Assembly (NCBI GenBank): GCA_964248365.1
Contig: CAXTYC010000002.1
Location: 198,547-262,546, forward strand
From: an uncultured Chroococcidiopsis sp.
GTDB lineage: Bacteria; Cyanobacteriota; Cyanobacteriia; Cyanobacteriales; Chroococcidiopsidaceae
Length of the DNA stretch: 64,000 bases
Direction of reading: 5' to 3'
Below, one piece after another: positions 20,421 to 30,579 of this stretch. The position numbers and the translations under genes were made by a program. Within the stretch, counting starts at the first letter, position 1, and each line of letters opens with the position of its first letter. The notes under the pieces were generated by a model. The model had not been told where the DNA came from. It ran no database searches and saw nothing but the letters and a program-made list of their open reading frames with translations.

Positions 20421-20912
20421 GTGAACATCCAGCAACTACGTCATGCTTTGAAAGTCAAGTGGCTGCTTTACTATAGGCAGAATCGACCTTGGCTCATTAA
20501 AATAAGAATTTGGGGAACTTATGAAGGCAAGCGCCGTCCTTCTTCTAGTTTCATCTTGGCAACTTTGACTAATTTAGAGCCAAAACTAATTGAGATGCTG
20601 CCTTTTATTGTGTCCTTAAGCAATAATCCCGACTCTATTGTGGTAGCTTTGGGGCTTAACTTCAATCCCGAAGAGGAATTGAAATCATTAACACAGGCGG
20701 AATCTGTAGTTGAGGTAAATACTAATGGCAATGTATTGCCGCAAACTCCCATTGTGAAGACAAACACCAATGGCAACGGTGTGTCTGGGCAATTGTCAAA
20801 AATCAAGAGTGAAGTCAGTTTACCGACTCCCACTGGGGCGACTAATCTTCCTTCGTGGCTAGATGAAACTTGTAAAGGCGTGGGATGGAATCGCCACAAT
20901 CTAGCACAATAG
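20421..20912 (+). CDS. Conserved cyanobacterial hypothetical protein (DUF5331-like)
   Basis: [34 protein letters not shown]; family name from recollection. Confidence 0.65.
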   Translation: MNIQQLRHALKVKWLLYYRQNRPWLIKIRIWGTYEGKRRPSSSFILATLTNLEPKLIEMLPFIVSLSNNPDSIVVALGLNFNPEEELKSLTQAESVVEVNTNGNVLPQTPIVKTNTNGNGVSGQLSKIKSEVSLPTPTGATNLPSWLDETCKGVGWNRHNLAQ

Positions 20913-20942
20913 TTTTTTTGGTCTACTTAACATCTAACCGAA

Positions 20943-21008
20943 ACAGTTACCAGCTATCAGTTATCAGTTATCAGTTATCAGTTACCAGTTACCAGTTATC
21001 AGTTATCA
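20943..21008. repeat. STRR heptamer tract (CAGTTAT/CAGTTAC)n
   Basis: About 9 tandem heptamers; same family at ~5792, 11360, 12387 and 16027. Confidence 0.85.
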
Positions 21009-21077
21009 ATTTCGGTTGGGGTTCACTGTTTACTGTTGACTGTTTACTGTTCACTATTTCACTGGTGGGGATAACTG

Positions 21078-21413
21078 TTAAGACCCAGTAGACCTTTTTG
21101 TTATTTGTTGAAATGAAAGCTGGATAGCAAGAGCAACTAAACCTACAGCTACTATACCAAATATTCCTGTTCCCAAAGCAGCTATACCCACCACCAGGGT
21201 ACGAACAGCAGCGGCAATATTGGCTACGGCTGGATTGTTAGAATGAATCGGTTTAGAAGCAAAAGAAAAGGCGATAGATGCTGTTAAGGAATATGAAGCG
21301 ATCGCAATTCCTCCAGCCATCAAAGCCCCAGTCAAACAGCGCAAAGGAGTTGATGTTTGCTCCAGTTTAGATGACTTGGTAGTAGGTTTTTCTGTTGGTG
21401 TAAGATTGTTCAT
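21078..21413 (-). CDS. DUF3082-like membrane protein
   Basis: TPLRCLTGA..., IAAAVRTLVVG, two hydrophobic helices; likely start MNNLTP because the ORF-track extension is translated STRR. Confidence 0.7.
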   Translation of the reverse strand: MNNLTPTEKPTTKSSKLEQTSTPLRCLTGALMAGGIAIASYSLTASIAFSFASKPIHSNNPAVANIAAAVRTLVVGIAALGTGIFGIVAVGLVALAIQLSFQQITKRSTGS

Positions 21414-21536
21414 AATTGGTAGTTGGTAATTGGTAGTTGGTAGTTGGGGAAAGGGGAAAGGGAAAAGGTTGAAGGATGAAGGATGAAGGATGAAGGGTAA
21501 AGGTTGAAATTTCACACTTCATACTTTTACTCGCCC

Positions 21537-22508
21537 CTAGCCCCTAGCCCCTAGCCCCTTATTATTAGCCCCTACCTGGATGCCTGTAGTGCAAAGCTGA
21601 GCTATCCACAAGTCTAAATCAGGATCGGGAATTGCTGCTCTTACCTGCTGCTGCACCTGTTGTGCAGAGTCCTCAGACGCGCACAGCCCAAATACACTAG
21701 GACCAGATCCAGACATCAACGCCCCCAAAACACCACTGTTTTGAAATGCTTGCCGCAGCTGCAATACTTGGGGATACTCTGGCAAAACTACTTTCTCTAA
21801 ATCGTTGTGAAGCTTTTGACCGATTTGCTCACCATCTTCATGAATGATAGCTTTTACAATTTCTCCAGAGTGTACGGCATGAGCGCGAGATTCCAAGCTT
21901 TTTAAGTCACTAAGGTAGGAACTACCAAACTGCTGTCGATAGGTAGAGTACGCCCAAGCTGTGGAAACGGCAAGGCTGCGATATTTGCCTAGTACTACAT
22001 ATAAATTATCCAGACTGGGGAGAGGAGAGAGTTGTTCGCCCCTCCCTGTTGCGATCACAGTTCCACCCGCTACACAAAAAGGCACATCTGACCCTAATAG
22101 GGCGGCAAGTTCTTGTAATTCTGATTGAGTTAGTCCCAGCCGCCACAATAAATCTATTCCTACTAAAACTGCTGCTGCATCTGTAGATCCTCCTGCTAAT
22201 CCAGCCGCTACAGGAATATGCTTGTCGATGGTAATTTCTACGCCACCATATTGGGCAAAAGCATTGGGAAATTGCTGCGCCATCAGGAAGGCTGCACGAT
22301 AGGCAAGGTTAGTATTGTCTGTCGGTACTTGGGGATGATCGCAGCGAACGCGAATCGTGTCAGTGCTAATTGGTTGCAGGTGTATCTGGTCGGATAAATC
22401 AATGCTTTGCAAAATCATTGCCAATTCGTGATAACCATCTGGGCGATCGCCCAGGATCTCCAAATACAGATTAATTTTGGCAGGAGCAGTTAAAGTGTAA
22501 GAACGCAT
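21537..22508 (-). CDS. ispE: 4-diphosphocytidyl-2-C-methyl-D-erythritol kinase
   Basis: APAKINLYL, DGYHEL, IPVAAGLAGGS, LGSDVPF, MSGSGPSVF. Confidence 0.97.
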   Translation of the reverse strand: MRSYTLTAPAKINLYLEILGDRPDGYHELAMILQSIDLSDQIHLQPISTDTIRVRCDHPQVPTDNTNLAYRAAFLMAQQFPNAFAQYGGVEITIDKHIPVAAGLAGGSTDAAAVLVGIDLLWRLGLTQSELQELAALLGSDVPFCVAGGTVIATGRGEQLSPLPSLDNLYVVLGKYRSLAVSTAWAYSTYRQQFGSSYLSDLKSLESRAHAVHSGEIVKAIIHEDGEQIGQKLHNDLEKVVLPEYPQVLQLRQAFQNSGVLGALMSGSGPSVFGLCASEDSAQQVQQQVRAAIPDPDLDLWIAQLCTTGIQVGANNKGLGARG

Positions 22509-22638
22509 TGCTAGGGGCTAGGGGCTAGGGGCTAGGGGCGAGAGGCGAGGGGCAAAAGGAGGCAATAGGGGGCAATAGGGGGCAATAGGAGAAATTTTAA
22601 TCCCAAGACCCCTCCAACATCTAAAATTCCTCTTGCCT

Positions 22639-23457
22639 CTAGCCTCTTGCCTCTAGCCTGTTACTGAGGGCTACCCATTGAGCAACGCCCAGTTCTTCGG
22701 CGCGGGCTTCGGGGTTTATTTCTAATTGTCTCAGTAATTGGGTGAGACGATCGCGCGAGACTATTGCTTGCAAATTATTTCGTAACATTTTGCGCTTAGC
22801 ACCAAATCCCAGCTTGACCAAAGTCTCTAAGTGTTGGGGGTTTTGGGCGGAGGTTGATATTTGGCGGGGGCGTAGGCGCACGACAGCCGAATCTACCTTG
22901 GGTGGTGGGTAAAAAGATCCTGCTGGTACGATACAAATTAGTTCACAATCTGCCAAATATTGTACTTTTACCGACAATGCCCCAAATGCTCTTGAACCAG
23001 GTCGAGCATAAAGTCTTTCTGCTACTTCTTTTTGTACCAGTAGCACGATAGAGTCGAATGGTTCGGGATTAGAGTTGGCGATCGTACCTAGCAGTTTTTC
23101 TAAAATTGGTCCTGTAATGTTGTAAGGGATATTAGCAACAACTTTGTTAGGCTTTTGGAACGCTGGAAATGGGTCAAGCAGGGAAGGTAAATCGAGTGAG
23201 AGGATATCGCCTTGTAGTAAGAGAAAATTTTCCGCCTTACCCAGTTGTTTAGCTAAAATTTGGCATAAATCACGGTCAATTTCGACAGCAACGACACAAG
23301 AGGCAAGAGGTAATAAGCGGCGAGTTAAGATGCCTGTACCAGGACCGATTTCTAGGATGCGATCGCTGTTGCTAATTTCTGCTGCCTGAACTATCTGATT
23401 TAGTGCCTTTTCGCTTTTAAGCCAGTGTTGGGCAAATTGTTTTCGAGGTTTTATCAC
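22639..23457 (-). CDS. rsmA: 16S rRNA dimethyltransferase RsmA/KsgA
   Basis: QHWL, LEIGPGTG, VANIPYNIT, QKEVAERL, PPPKVDSAV. Confidence 0.96.
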   Translation of the reverse strand: MIKPRKQFAQHWLKSEKALNQIVQAAEISNSDRILEIGPGTGILTRRLLPLASCVVAVEIDRDLCQILAKQLGKAENFLLLQGDILSLDLPSLLDPFPAFQKPNKVVANIPYNITGPILEKLLGTIANSNPEPFDSIVLLVQKEVAERLYARPGSRAFGALSVKVQYLADCELICIVPAGSFYPPPKVDSAVVRLRPRQISTSAQNPQHLETLVKLGFGAKRKMLRNNLQAIVSRDRLTQLLRQLEINPEARAEELGVAQWVALSNRLEARG

Positions 23458-23496
23458 TGATGGATTGCAATTTTTTTAGCTGCTGCTATCTTAAGA

Positions 23497-23908
23497 TTAA
23501 ACAAAAAATTCCATCTCTTCATAGGGTTGCTTTTTTGTTGCTTCTATGCGTGTCTTTAGAACGCCTGCATGAAGTTCAAGTTTATGCCCGTTCAGATCTA
23601 AGAAATAGAGCGATAACCCCTCACTTGTATTTTGTTTCCAAATTGTTGCCCCTGACTCAATAATTTTGTAGCTAAATCTTTCAAGGTCTTTAGCTGCAAC
23701 ATTCAGCCCAATATGAGTATATTCAGGTAATGTTCCCAGTTTAGTTTGCTCAGCCAAACATAAACATAGCCATAGATCGCAAGCTTGAAGATAAGCGCCT
23801 TGCTTCCACCTGGCGATTGGCTTGCATCCTAAAACTTCTGTATAAAACTTAAAGGAGCAATTCTTAATCCAACACTGACAACGTGATGTGGTTAATACCA
23901 GTAATCAT
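23497..23908 (-). pseudogene. Fosfomycin-resistance-type VOC/glutathione transferase (FosA-like), disrupted
   Basis: ATG at 23908 gives MITGINHITLSVLD then TAA; after a +1 shift it continues SFKFYTEVLG...GAYL...LWLCL...YTHIG...WKQNTSEGLSLYFLDLNGHKLELH; 412 nt = 3n+1. Confidence 0.8.
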
Positions 23909-23998
23909 TTTGGCAGTTCCTATTTCAGTTACCAGTTATCAGTTACCGCGTCTTGCTTGTGCGAGCGCTAATAACTGTAGTTAAAGCTTACTTTGATC

Positions 23999-24184
23999 TT
24001 ACTTCTTAAGTATCTTGTATCCAGTGATGGCACTTTGACCGTTAGAAAAATGCATCCACTGCCATGCCACCTCTTCATCATCGCTTAACTCGACGCTGAT
24101 GACATAGGTAGGTGTAGCTAGGTTACTCGGCTGGGGTGCGTAGACGACTCGTTTCTGATTAGCTTGTTTTTCTTTCGCACTCAT
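23999..24184 (-). CDS. Small hypothetical protein
   Basis: 61-aa ATG ORF co-oriented with its neighbours; no recognised motif. Confidence 0.45.
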   Translation of the reverse strand: MSAKEKQANQKRVVYAPQPSNLATPTYVISVELSDDEEVAWQWMHFSNGQSAITGYKILKK

Positions 24185-24286
24185 ACAACTGTCTACAACT
24201 CTAGGAATGTAAGGAATGGGTATATGCTTGTGGCAAGTACACTCAGAGCGTGACTCGGAATTTGTGCAGCACAGATGCCATGTGTT

Positions 24287-25129
24287 CTAGCCAAGATTAG
24301 CTGCAAACCAATTTGCTGCTGCTGTTTGCAACGCCCAATAGTTTGCCCTCAAAGCCTGATTTATTTCATCTGTCGGTGGTTCGAGCTGATGCTGAAGATG
24401 GGAAAATATTTTTAGAGAAAGTCGCTCGGGATATCCGGCGCGATCGTAGTATGGACACATTGCAGCATATAGTTGTTGCACCTCGTCAGGCGCAAATATC
24501 TCATCATTACCACCATGCAAGAAAAGCATTGCTGGCAGTTGTGCGTTGGTGACAATTTCCTCTACCCGCGATAAAAAATCTATCCGTCTACTCGCTGCAA
24601 GTGAAGCTTCACTCCAGCGATATTCACAATTATTGAATTGTTCTGTAGCACGAATGGCAGATGAAATATCTTTACTAACACCAGCCAGAACAGCAGCTTT
24701 GATTGGAATTTTGCTCTCGGCTAAAGCAAGCATGGCTGCAAACCCTCCCGCTGAAAACCCAAATAGTCCAATTCCAAAATCGCTTTGAATGTCGAAGCTA
24801 CTGTATAAGGACTCAACTACATTCGGTAGTTCGCGTACAGCGCCCTCTACCACAGGTAAAAAAAGTTGCAGCAGGTAGTCTTCCCTAACTCTACGTGTGA
24901 GTTCATCAATACCACCCTCTGGCATTCTCGCGCCAAATAATGGTAATCCCAGGTAAGCTTTCCAAGCGTTAACGCCTTTTAAGGGAATTGTTTCTGATAG
25001 AGTTTGTTCGCTGTTCGGAGTGTTTAAACCATGCCAGAGGATAATCAGTGGTGCTGGCTTTTCTAGCTTTTCTGGAAATCTCAGTACAACAGGAACACCA
25101 GCAACTTCCAATGACTCGATTTGTGGCAT
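24287..25129 (-). CDS. Alpha/beta hydrolase (esterase/peptidase S9-like)
   Basis: WHG oxyanion motif, GFSAGG, LHGGNDE, C-terminal His (HLQH). Confidence 0.8.
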   Translation of the reverse strand: MPQIESLEVAGVPVVLRFPEKLEKPAPLIILWHGLNTPNSEQTLSETIPLKGVNAWKAYLGLPLFGARMPEGGIDELTRRVREDYLLQLFLPVVEGAVRELPNVVESLYSSFDIQSDFGIGLFGFSAGGFAAMLALAESKIPIKAAVLAGVSKDISSAIRATEQFNNCEYRWSEASLAASRRIDFLSRVEEIVTNAQLPAMLFLHGGNDEIFAPDEVQQLYAAMCPYYDRAGYPERLSLKIFSHLQHQLEPPTDEINQALRANYWALQTAAANWFAANLG

Positions 25130-25180
25130 GATACTTATGCCTGTGATTCCACATCCAAGGTTGCTTTGTCGGTAATATAT

Positions 25181-25843
25181 TTAATCAGCTAAATAAGCTC
25201 TCACTCGCGCTTTCATCAGAGGTAGACACGCTTCAATTTCTTCCTGACTAAGCTGAGTCTTTTGCCAAGTAGGACGTGACATTAAGCGCTCAGACCAGCT
25301 ACTTAGTTTAGAATAATCATCCAAGGAAACGCCTAGACTTGGTAACATAGGTACAACAGTTCCGGCGACTATATCAGCTAGAGTGAGGCGATCGCTTCTA
25401 GAGTACGAGCGATCCATTAAACTCTCGAAAAATTCCAGCACCTTGAGTATTTGCTGCTTTGCCTGTTCGAGTTTTGGCGGGTTTTCTTCTACACAGCCCA
25501 ATACCTGACTAGTTAGCCGTATGATAGCTGGAACCAATTCATTATCTGTTACCATTTCCACCATCCGCACAGTTGCTAAATCTTTGGCATTGGTAGGCAG
25601 CATTGCAGGTGAAGGATACTTTGCCTCTAGGTAGTCCAAAATTGCTAATGATTCTATTAACCTAAAATCATCATCTACTAAAACTGGAATGTGGTGAAAG
25701 GGATTGATTGCTAAAAACTCTGATTGGAATTGATCGCCATCCAGCTTCAGTGGCACTAATTCAAATGGTATTTCCTTCTCTAGTAGCGCAATCCACACGC
25801 GGCGAGAGTTGGCAGAAATGGCAGTGTGATAAAGCTTCAGCAT
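25181..25843 (-). CDS. Glutathione S-transferase
   Basis: SANSRRV, NPFHHIPVL, ESLAILDYL, LTLADI. Confidence 0.93.
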   Translation of the reverse strand: MLKLYHTAISANSRRVWIALLEKEIPFELVPLKLDGDQFQSEFLAINPFHHIPVLVDDDFRLIESLAILDYLEAKYPSPAMLPTNAKDLATVRMVEMVTDNELVPAIIRLTSQVLGCVEENPPKLEQAKQQILKVLEFFESLMDRSYSRSDRLTLADIVAGTVVPMLPSLGVSLDDYSKLSSWSERLMSRPTWQKTQLSQEEIEACLPLMKARVRAYLAD

Positions 25844-25881
25844 AGAAAATTCTCTTAAACTTAAATTCTGCTTGCATGATC

Positions 25882-26235
25882 CTAAGTAGATAGCTGCTTG
25901 AATACTCCCATCGCACCGAGACGAATCGTAATAAGTTCTACATCTGTAATTGCTTTATGGGAACCGTTTTTAGTATTAGCAGGCGTGAACCAAAATGTTC
26001 CCGCTGTGCATTCTCTTCCACCAGTTTCGATAATTCCTTTGAGGACATAAACATACTCGTCACAAGGATGAAAATGTACTGGAATTACAGTTCCAGCAGG
26101 CATTCTTAATCTGTGAATCGATCCTTGTGGCACTGGTTCAGCCAGCCCAATAAATTGTGTTCCTGGTAATTGCTCGAATTCCAGCCATTGTTGAGTATTA
26201 GTGTCAATAAAAGTTTGTTCAGTCATCTTGCTCAC
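25882..26235 (-). CDS. Cupin domain protein (ChrR-like)
   Basis: PVHFHPCDEYVYVLKG...PANTKNGSH cupin motifs. Confidence 0.8.
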   Translation of the reverse strand: MSKMTEQTFIDTNTQQWLEFEQLPGTQFIGLAEPVPQGSIHRLRMPAGTVIPVHFHPCDEYVYVLKGIIETGGRECTAGTFWFTPANTKNGSHKAITDVELITIRLGAMGVFKQLST

Positions 26236-26265
26236 TATGTATAAACGTATAGCAATCCGCCTCTA

Positions 26266-26919
26266 CTATTTGTTGTTAGTGGAGCAAGTTAAAACTTGTG
26301 GCAGTTTTTGCTGTAGTCTCACGTTCCACTCATTAATGAGATAAGAACCCAGAAAGAAGTTATCTGATTTCTCATCAGCGCCTTCGCCATAGCCAGTAGA
26401 GGTTGGTTTAACTTCTTTGTCTGTTTGCTCATAAGGATGTTTGCTAAACCGATCTGTACGAGTATAAGAAGTAGGGAAAGAAGTATTACGGGCGATCGCT
26501 AGCTTTTGATTAGGCAAAGTTGACTTGTACATAAATTGCTCATGCCAAGTCGATGCAGTACCCATTAGCTCATATACAGACCTTGCAGGCAATGTCTCTA
26601 CAACTTGGTGCTGTAGCTGAAGTTGCGTACCACCTTCGACGGCTTTTAGCGTCCAGATGACAATTGATGGCTGGTGCATCAAACTATCCTGCCAAGTATA
26701 GGAAAGACGCTTAGGCTGATCGAGTTCCAGCACTTGACAATCAATAATCCCATCTAATCCTGGTAGAGAATGAGTCCGAAATTGAAATTTGTGACCGACA
26801 CGCGGCTCAAAGTCATTTTCCATCAGCCATGCAGCCATTGCTTGACGACTGGTAAGTACTTGCCAGACTTGTTGAGGTGGGTAAGGATAAAAAATTTCGG
26901 TCTTTACTCTTCGGAACAT
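26266..26919 (-). CDS. SRPBCC/AHSA1-like ligand-binding protein
   Basis: PPQQVWQVLT, WLM, FEPRVG, PKRLSYTW, GTQLQLQH; overlaps the upstream ArsR gene. Confidence 0.85.
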   Translation of the reverse strand: MFRRVKTEIFYPYPPQQVWQVLTSRQAMAAWLMENDFEPRVGHKFQFRTHSLPGLDGIIDCQVLELDQPKRLSYTWQDSLMHQPSIVIWTLKAVEGGTQLQLQHQVVETLPARSVYELMGTASTWHEQFMYKSTLPNQKLAIARNTSFPTSYTRTDRFSKHPYEQTDKEVKPTSTGYGEGADEKSDNFFLGSYLINEWNVRLQQKLPQVLTCSTNNK

Positions 26920-27239
26920 GAGTTCTTCTCCATATATTCACCCAGGACATCGAGTTTCTCTTGCCAGAACTGCTCGTAATGGGAAACCCACTCGGATACT
27001 TGCTTGAGCGGTTCAGGATTTATTTGGTACAGGCGTTGTCGTCCCGATCGCCTTTGGCTAACTAAGCCAGCTTCACAAAGAACTTGCAAGTGCTGGGATA
27101 TAGCAGGCAATGACATCTCAAATGGTTGAGCAAGTTGTCCAACTGGTTGTTCGCCATCGCGCAGCCGATCCAACAGCGCTCGTCTGGTTGGATCTGCGAT
27201 CGCCTGAAAAATATCCCCACTGGCTGCGGGTCTACTCAT
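26904..27239 (-). CDS. ArsR/SmtB family transcriptional regulator (SRPBCC-associated type)
   Basis: IFQAIADPTRRALL, SLPAISQHLQVL, AGLV, GRQRLY, C-terminal YEQFW helix. Confidence 0.92.
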   Translation of the reverse strand: MSRPAASGDIFQAIADPTRRALLDRLRDGEQPVGQLAQPFEMSLPAISQHLQVLCEAGLVSQRRSGRQRLYQINPEPLKQVSEWVSHYEQFWQEKLDVLGEYMEKNSCSEE

Positions 27240-27252
27240 GGCAGTATTTGTT

Positions 27253-27305
27253 ATTTAACTTTTTACTTAAATAATACAATAAATAAGCTTATGCTTAAAT
27301 GTCAA
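27253..27305 (-). promoter_or_regulatory. Sigma70-type promoter with two inverted-repeat operators for the ArsR operon
   Basis: Minus strand TTGACA (27305-27300), 18-nt spacer, TATTGT (27281-27276); operators ATTTAAG-N6-CTTATTT (27300-27281) and ATTTAAG-N6-GTTAAAT (27272-27253). Confidence 0.65.
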
Positions 27306-27445
27306 GTCTTGATTTAAATCAAGACTTGCAGCTAGTGTTGAGAAGGTTAGAAAGTTGACACGGTACGGCTCAAAACGTTTTAAGTTTGTACACACGTTGT
27401 ATACATTTTTACCCAACCTTCCAATCGCGCCTTTTGCTACGAGTA

Positions 27446-27841
27446 TTAGTGCAGAAATCGATCCAAAGCTGCCTTTAACTGTTCAATTTCAACTTCAATA
27501 TTTCCCTCTTTAGCTGCCCTGCCGATACACTCAGTTAAGTGTTCATCTAAAATCATCCTTGCTACGCGGTCTAGTGCGCCGCGAACAGCCGCAATTTGGA
27601 TCAACACGTCAGGACAGGGGCGGCTTTCTTGCACCATTGTTTTAACGCCTCGGATGTGTCCTTCAATACGAGACAGTCGATTGACAATGCTGCGTAATGA
27701 TTCTTCACTGTGAACATGAGCATGAGATGACTGTTTCCCATGAGTATGGTCACTATGGGCATGATCTGACTCATGAGTATGGGAAACGTCTGGACTGGAA
27801 ATCAATGCTGATTTTTCTGTTAATCCGTGAGTGCGGTTCAT
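27446..27841 (-). CDS. inrS: CsoR/RcnR family metal-sensing repressor, InrS-like
   Basis: His-rich N-terminus, NRLSRIEGHIRGV, RPCPDVLIQIAAVRGAL, HLTECI. Confidence 0.85.
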   Translation of the reverse strand: MNRTHGLTEKSALISSPDVSHTHESDHAHSDHTHGKQSSHAHVHSEESLRSIVNRLSRIEGHIRGVKTMVQESRPCPDVLIQIAAVRGALDRVARMILDEHLTECIGRAAKEGNIEVEIEQLKAALDRFLH

Positions 27842-28256
27842 GCTTAATCAAATAGCTGGGGATAGATTTAGATCCTAGCCTAGAGCAATTAAGCAAAACG
27901 CAGTAGTCTGCTTAAAAGAATGTCTCAACTTCTTTGAGTGAGAAGTTTGACAAAGCTAGCAGGAGGGCGATCGGGCTGAAAGTGCCACAATAGCCCTCGA
28001 TATTTTGACACTTTGCACGGGCGATGAGCCACGCAAATTCTAGGTTCTTCTTGCCAACATAATAAGAATTGGTTTTTACCAACAAAAACAGACGGTTGAA
28101 TCACGCCTGCACGTTTTCTGCCTGAAAAACAGCAGTTCCCAAATGCCCTATGGTACTGAGCGCTATGCAAGAGGTCTGTTGATACTAGCTGCGGCGCAGG
28201 TCGGTGTTGCAACAACTTTTGGAATAGGAGGAAGCGCGAAGCAAAACTTTTAGTGG

Positions 28257-29830
28257 CTAACTTCGTGCAGCTATTTTTGAAGTGACTAAGCGCGCCGATT
28301 CCAAAGCACCAGCCATCCATCCTGCCAGGTAGCTTAAATGCTCCCCAGCTAAGTAGATATTGCCATCAGGCTCATTCACTCTGGGATAGTACTGCTGTCG
28401 GGTTTGGCTGGTGTATTTTGACCAACCACCCAGATTTTCGGGGATTTTTGAGCAAAAAACAGAAACCCCGTGCTCAAAATGGTTATTATACTCAGGGTGA
28501 ATCTTGCTGCCTTGTTCTAACACTAAGGATATGCGCTGATCAAAAGGCAGATTTCCAATTGCGATCGCGTCTTGTTCAGAGTAAAAGCCCTCGTAAGCAT
28601 AGTTATAGCCGCTAACTAAAACTCCCTTGTTAGAAAGATAACCGTAAGATGGATACCAAATCTGATTAATGGTCAGGTTGGTATAAGTAATACCGCTATA
28701 GATGTCCTCGTCCTCCTCCCAAAAACGGCGGTTGAACTGCAAGCCAGTCTTACCCGCCTGATAATAGTCAACATTGGCAATTGCTTGTTGCATATCGGGG
28801 GAGAAGTCAGACGGGATATTTCTAAGCACAGTTAGTGGAATCGTGCAGATGCAGTAGCCACCTATTGCGTATTGCGTATTGCCCGATTTATCTGCATACA
28901 CAATGCGAACCCCATCAGGTGTCTTGCGAATCTCCTTAACCTCGGCATTGAAAGTAATTCTATTGCCAAGTTGACGTTCAAAAGCCTTAGCTATTTGGTC
29001 TATACCGCCAACAGGTTGGAACATTGTCATTTGATCGTCCCATTCCCATTCAGCGACTTCATATTTAGCGAATCCTAATTGAATTAAGGGGCTAAGGTCG
29101 TATGGATCTGCTACTTCACCCTCTTGGTCGCCAGCGCTTGGTGGGACAGTATAACCCCGTCGGCTCGAACCCTTGTAAAACAGATCCGGATCTAAGTCTC
29201 CATAAGTCTTGAGAAACTCAACTAGTTTCTTTTTGTCTTGGGCTGTCAAGGGTGCATTAAGTGCATTAGAATCTACTGCTTTAGCCAGCAGTTCTGATAT
29301 ATAGCCGCGCATATCGGTGATTGCTTCGCGGGCATGAACTTTGCGACCGGACAAGGAACCTGCATTTTCCTGATAGTAGTATTGTTGGCGACTAAGATTG
29401 ACAAAAACTTCTATGGGAACGCCCAGTTCCTTACAGTAGTCTATGGTGAGGTGATGGTAGGGAATGCGAGCCAAACCTGCATTAAAGTACAAGTCACAGT
29501 CGAATTGAACTGTTTGAGTCTGACCGTCAATTTCAGTAAATGAATCTCCACCTCGCAGTGTCCAGCAACGACCGCCAGAGCGATCGCGTGCTTCTAAAAT
29601 TTGGCAATCGTAACCAACGCCCAACTCATAAGCCGAACACATTCCCGCCAAGCCAGCACCTAAAATAATGATGCGTTTGTTCGTATTCGTTGGTTATAGC
29701 CCAATGGAACCCGCCCCGATGGACTATCCTGTGCAGTTGCAGGTTTGTCCAACAAGTCCAATGCCTTCATTGCAGCATATACCGAACCAGCCGACGCAGC
29801 GACGGCGGTGATGAAATCTCTTCTGTTCAT
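28257..29830 (-). pseudogene. Tat-exported flavin monoamine/L-amino-acid oxidase, frameshifted
   Basis: ATG 29830 gives MNRRDFITAVAAS... (Tat motif) and stops after 56 codons; the KRIIILGAGLAG FAD motif and the remainder (EARDRSGGR, AGEHLS, WMAGA) are in another frame; 1574 nt = 3n+2. Confidence 0.75.
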
Positions 29831-29881
29831 ACCTACTCTTTAACTATTTAGTGATGAAGAGGATGTATTGCACAAACATCC

Positions 29882-29923
29882 CCCGCTGTGAAATGCCCGC
29901 TGTGAAATGCCCATTGTGAAATG
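29882..29923. repeat. Three tandem 14-bp repeats CCCGCTGTGAAATG
   Basis: Two exact copies plus CCCATTGTGAAATG. Confidence 0.85.
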
Positions 29924-30333
29924 TATTTGTAGCGAGTCGAGCGCAATTGGTCAGTGTCAAGTCTTTAAAAATAAAGAATATGGTTAGCTCATGTGCGCTT
30001 GTTGGGAGTACGCGATCGCGATCGCAGATCCTATATCTTGTTTCTCACTTACAAAATTGGAAACTACAGATGCACATAGATATACATAGCTATCATTTTT
30101 CTTGCCTCAAAAAAATAACATGATCAAAATTACTGCATATTGAATTACTTGATAATAGTTTTTTTTTCGATTTTCAGTAAAATTTGCTCAATCTTGCGCT
30201 CTACATAAACAAGAAAATTACTATAAAAAAGCTAGTAACAAAATTACCAATATTAATTAAAAATGCATTTTTACTATAAAGAATCTGCTTGTGTTTTGGA
30301 CAAGTGTATTTTTTATTAGTAAAAAATACCACT

Positions 30334-30579
30334 TATATAGCAATCCCATTTCAGATATGAAATACCGTGTAGGGGTTGTCATTAATCGTAGCAAAGGTTT
30401 AGCAGACACTCAATTGAGCAACAGAGAACCCAGATAAAACCCTGCGTACAGAAGTATGTAGTCTATGAAGGAAAGTCAGAATTGATGATTTTTCCGAGTC
30501 CCTTTTCCTTGAGCTAGTAACAGGTATTGAGTAACTGATACCTGGGAAGATTTCACAAATCCAAGTGCTTTGCTATATA
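30334..30579. mobile_element. Putative MITE-like element with TATAGCAA termini
   Basis: Perfect 10-bp inverted ends TATATAGCAA / TTGCTATATA with further partial match (TGAAA / TTTCA); non-coding interior. Confidence 0.5.

Noticed and set aside
21414..21515. N-terminal extensions of the DUF3082-like ORF and of rpoC2 (36640-36741)
   Set aside because: Encoded by heptamer repeats; downstream ATGs fit better
27925..28320. 131-aa ORF downstream of the oxidase
   Set aside because: Overlaps the oxidase 3' end and has no motif; the region contains TGCAAGAGGTCT (28166-28177, also at 53952-53963), a possible IS/MITE end with no partner end found
29865..29880. Possible NtcA site upstream of the amine oxidase
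   Set aside because: Spacing is TGT-N9-ACA, one base short of the consensus
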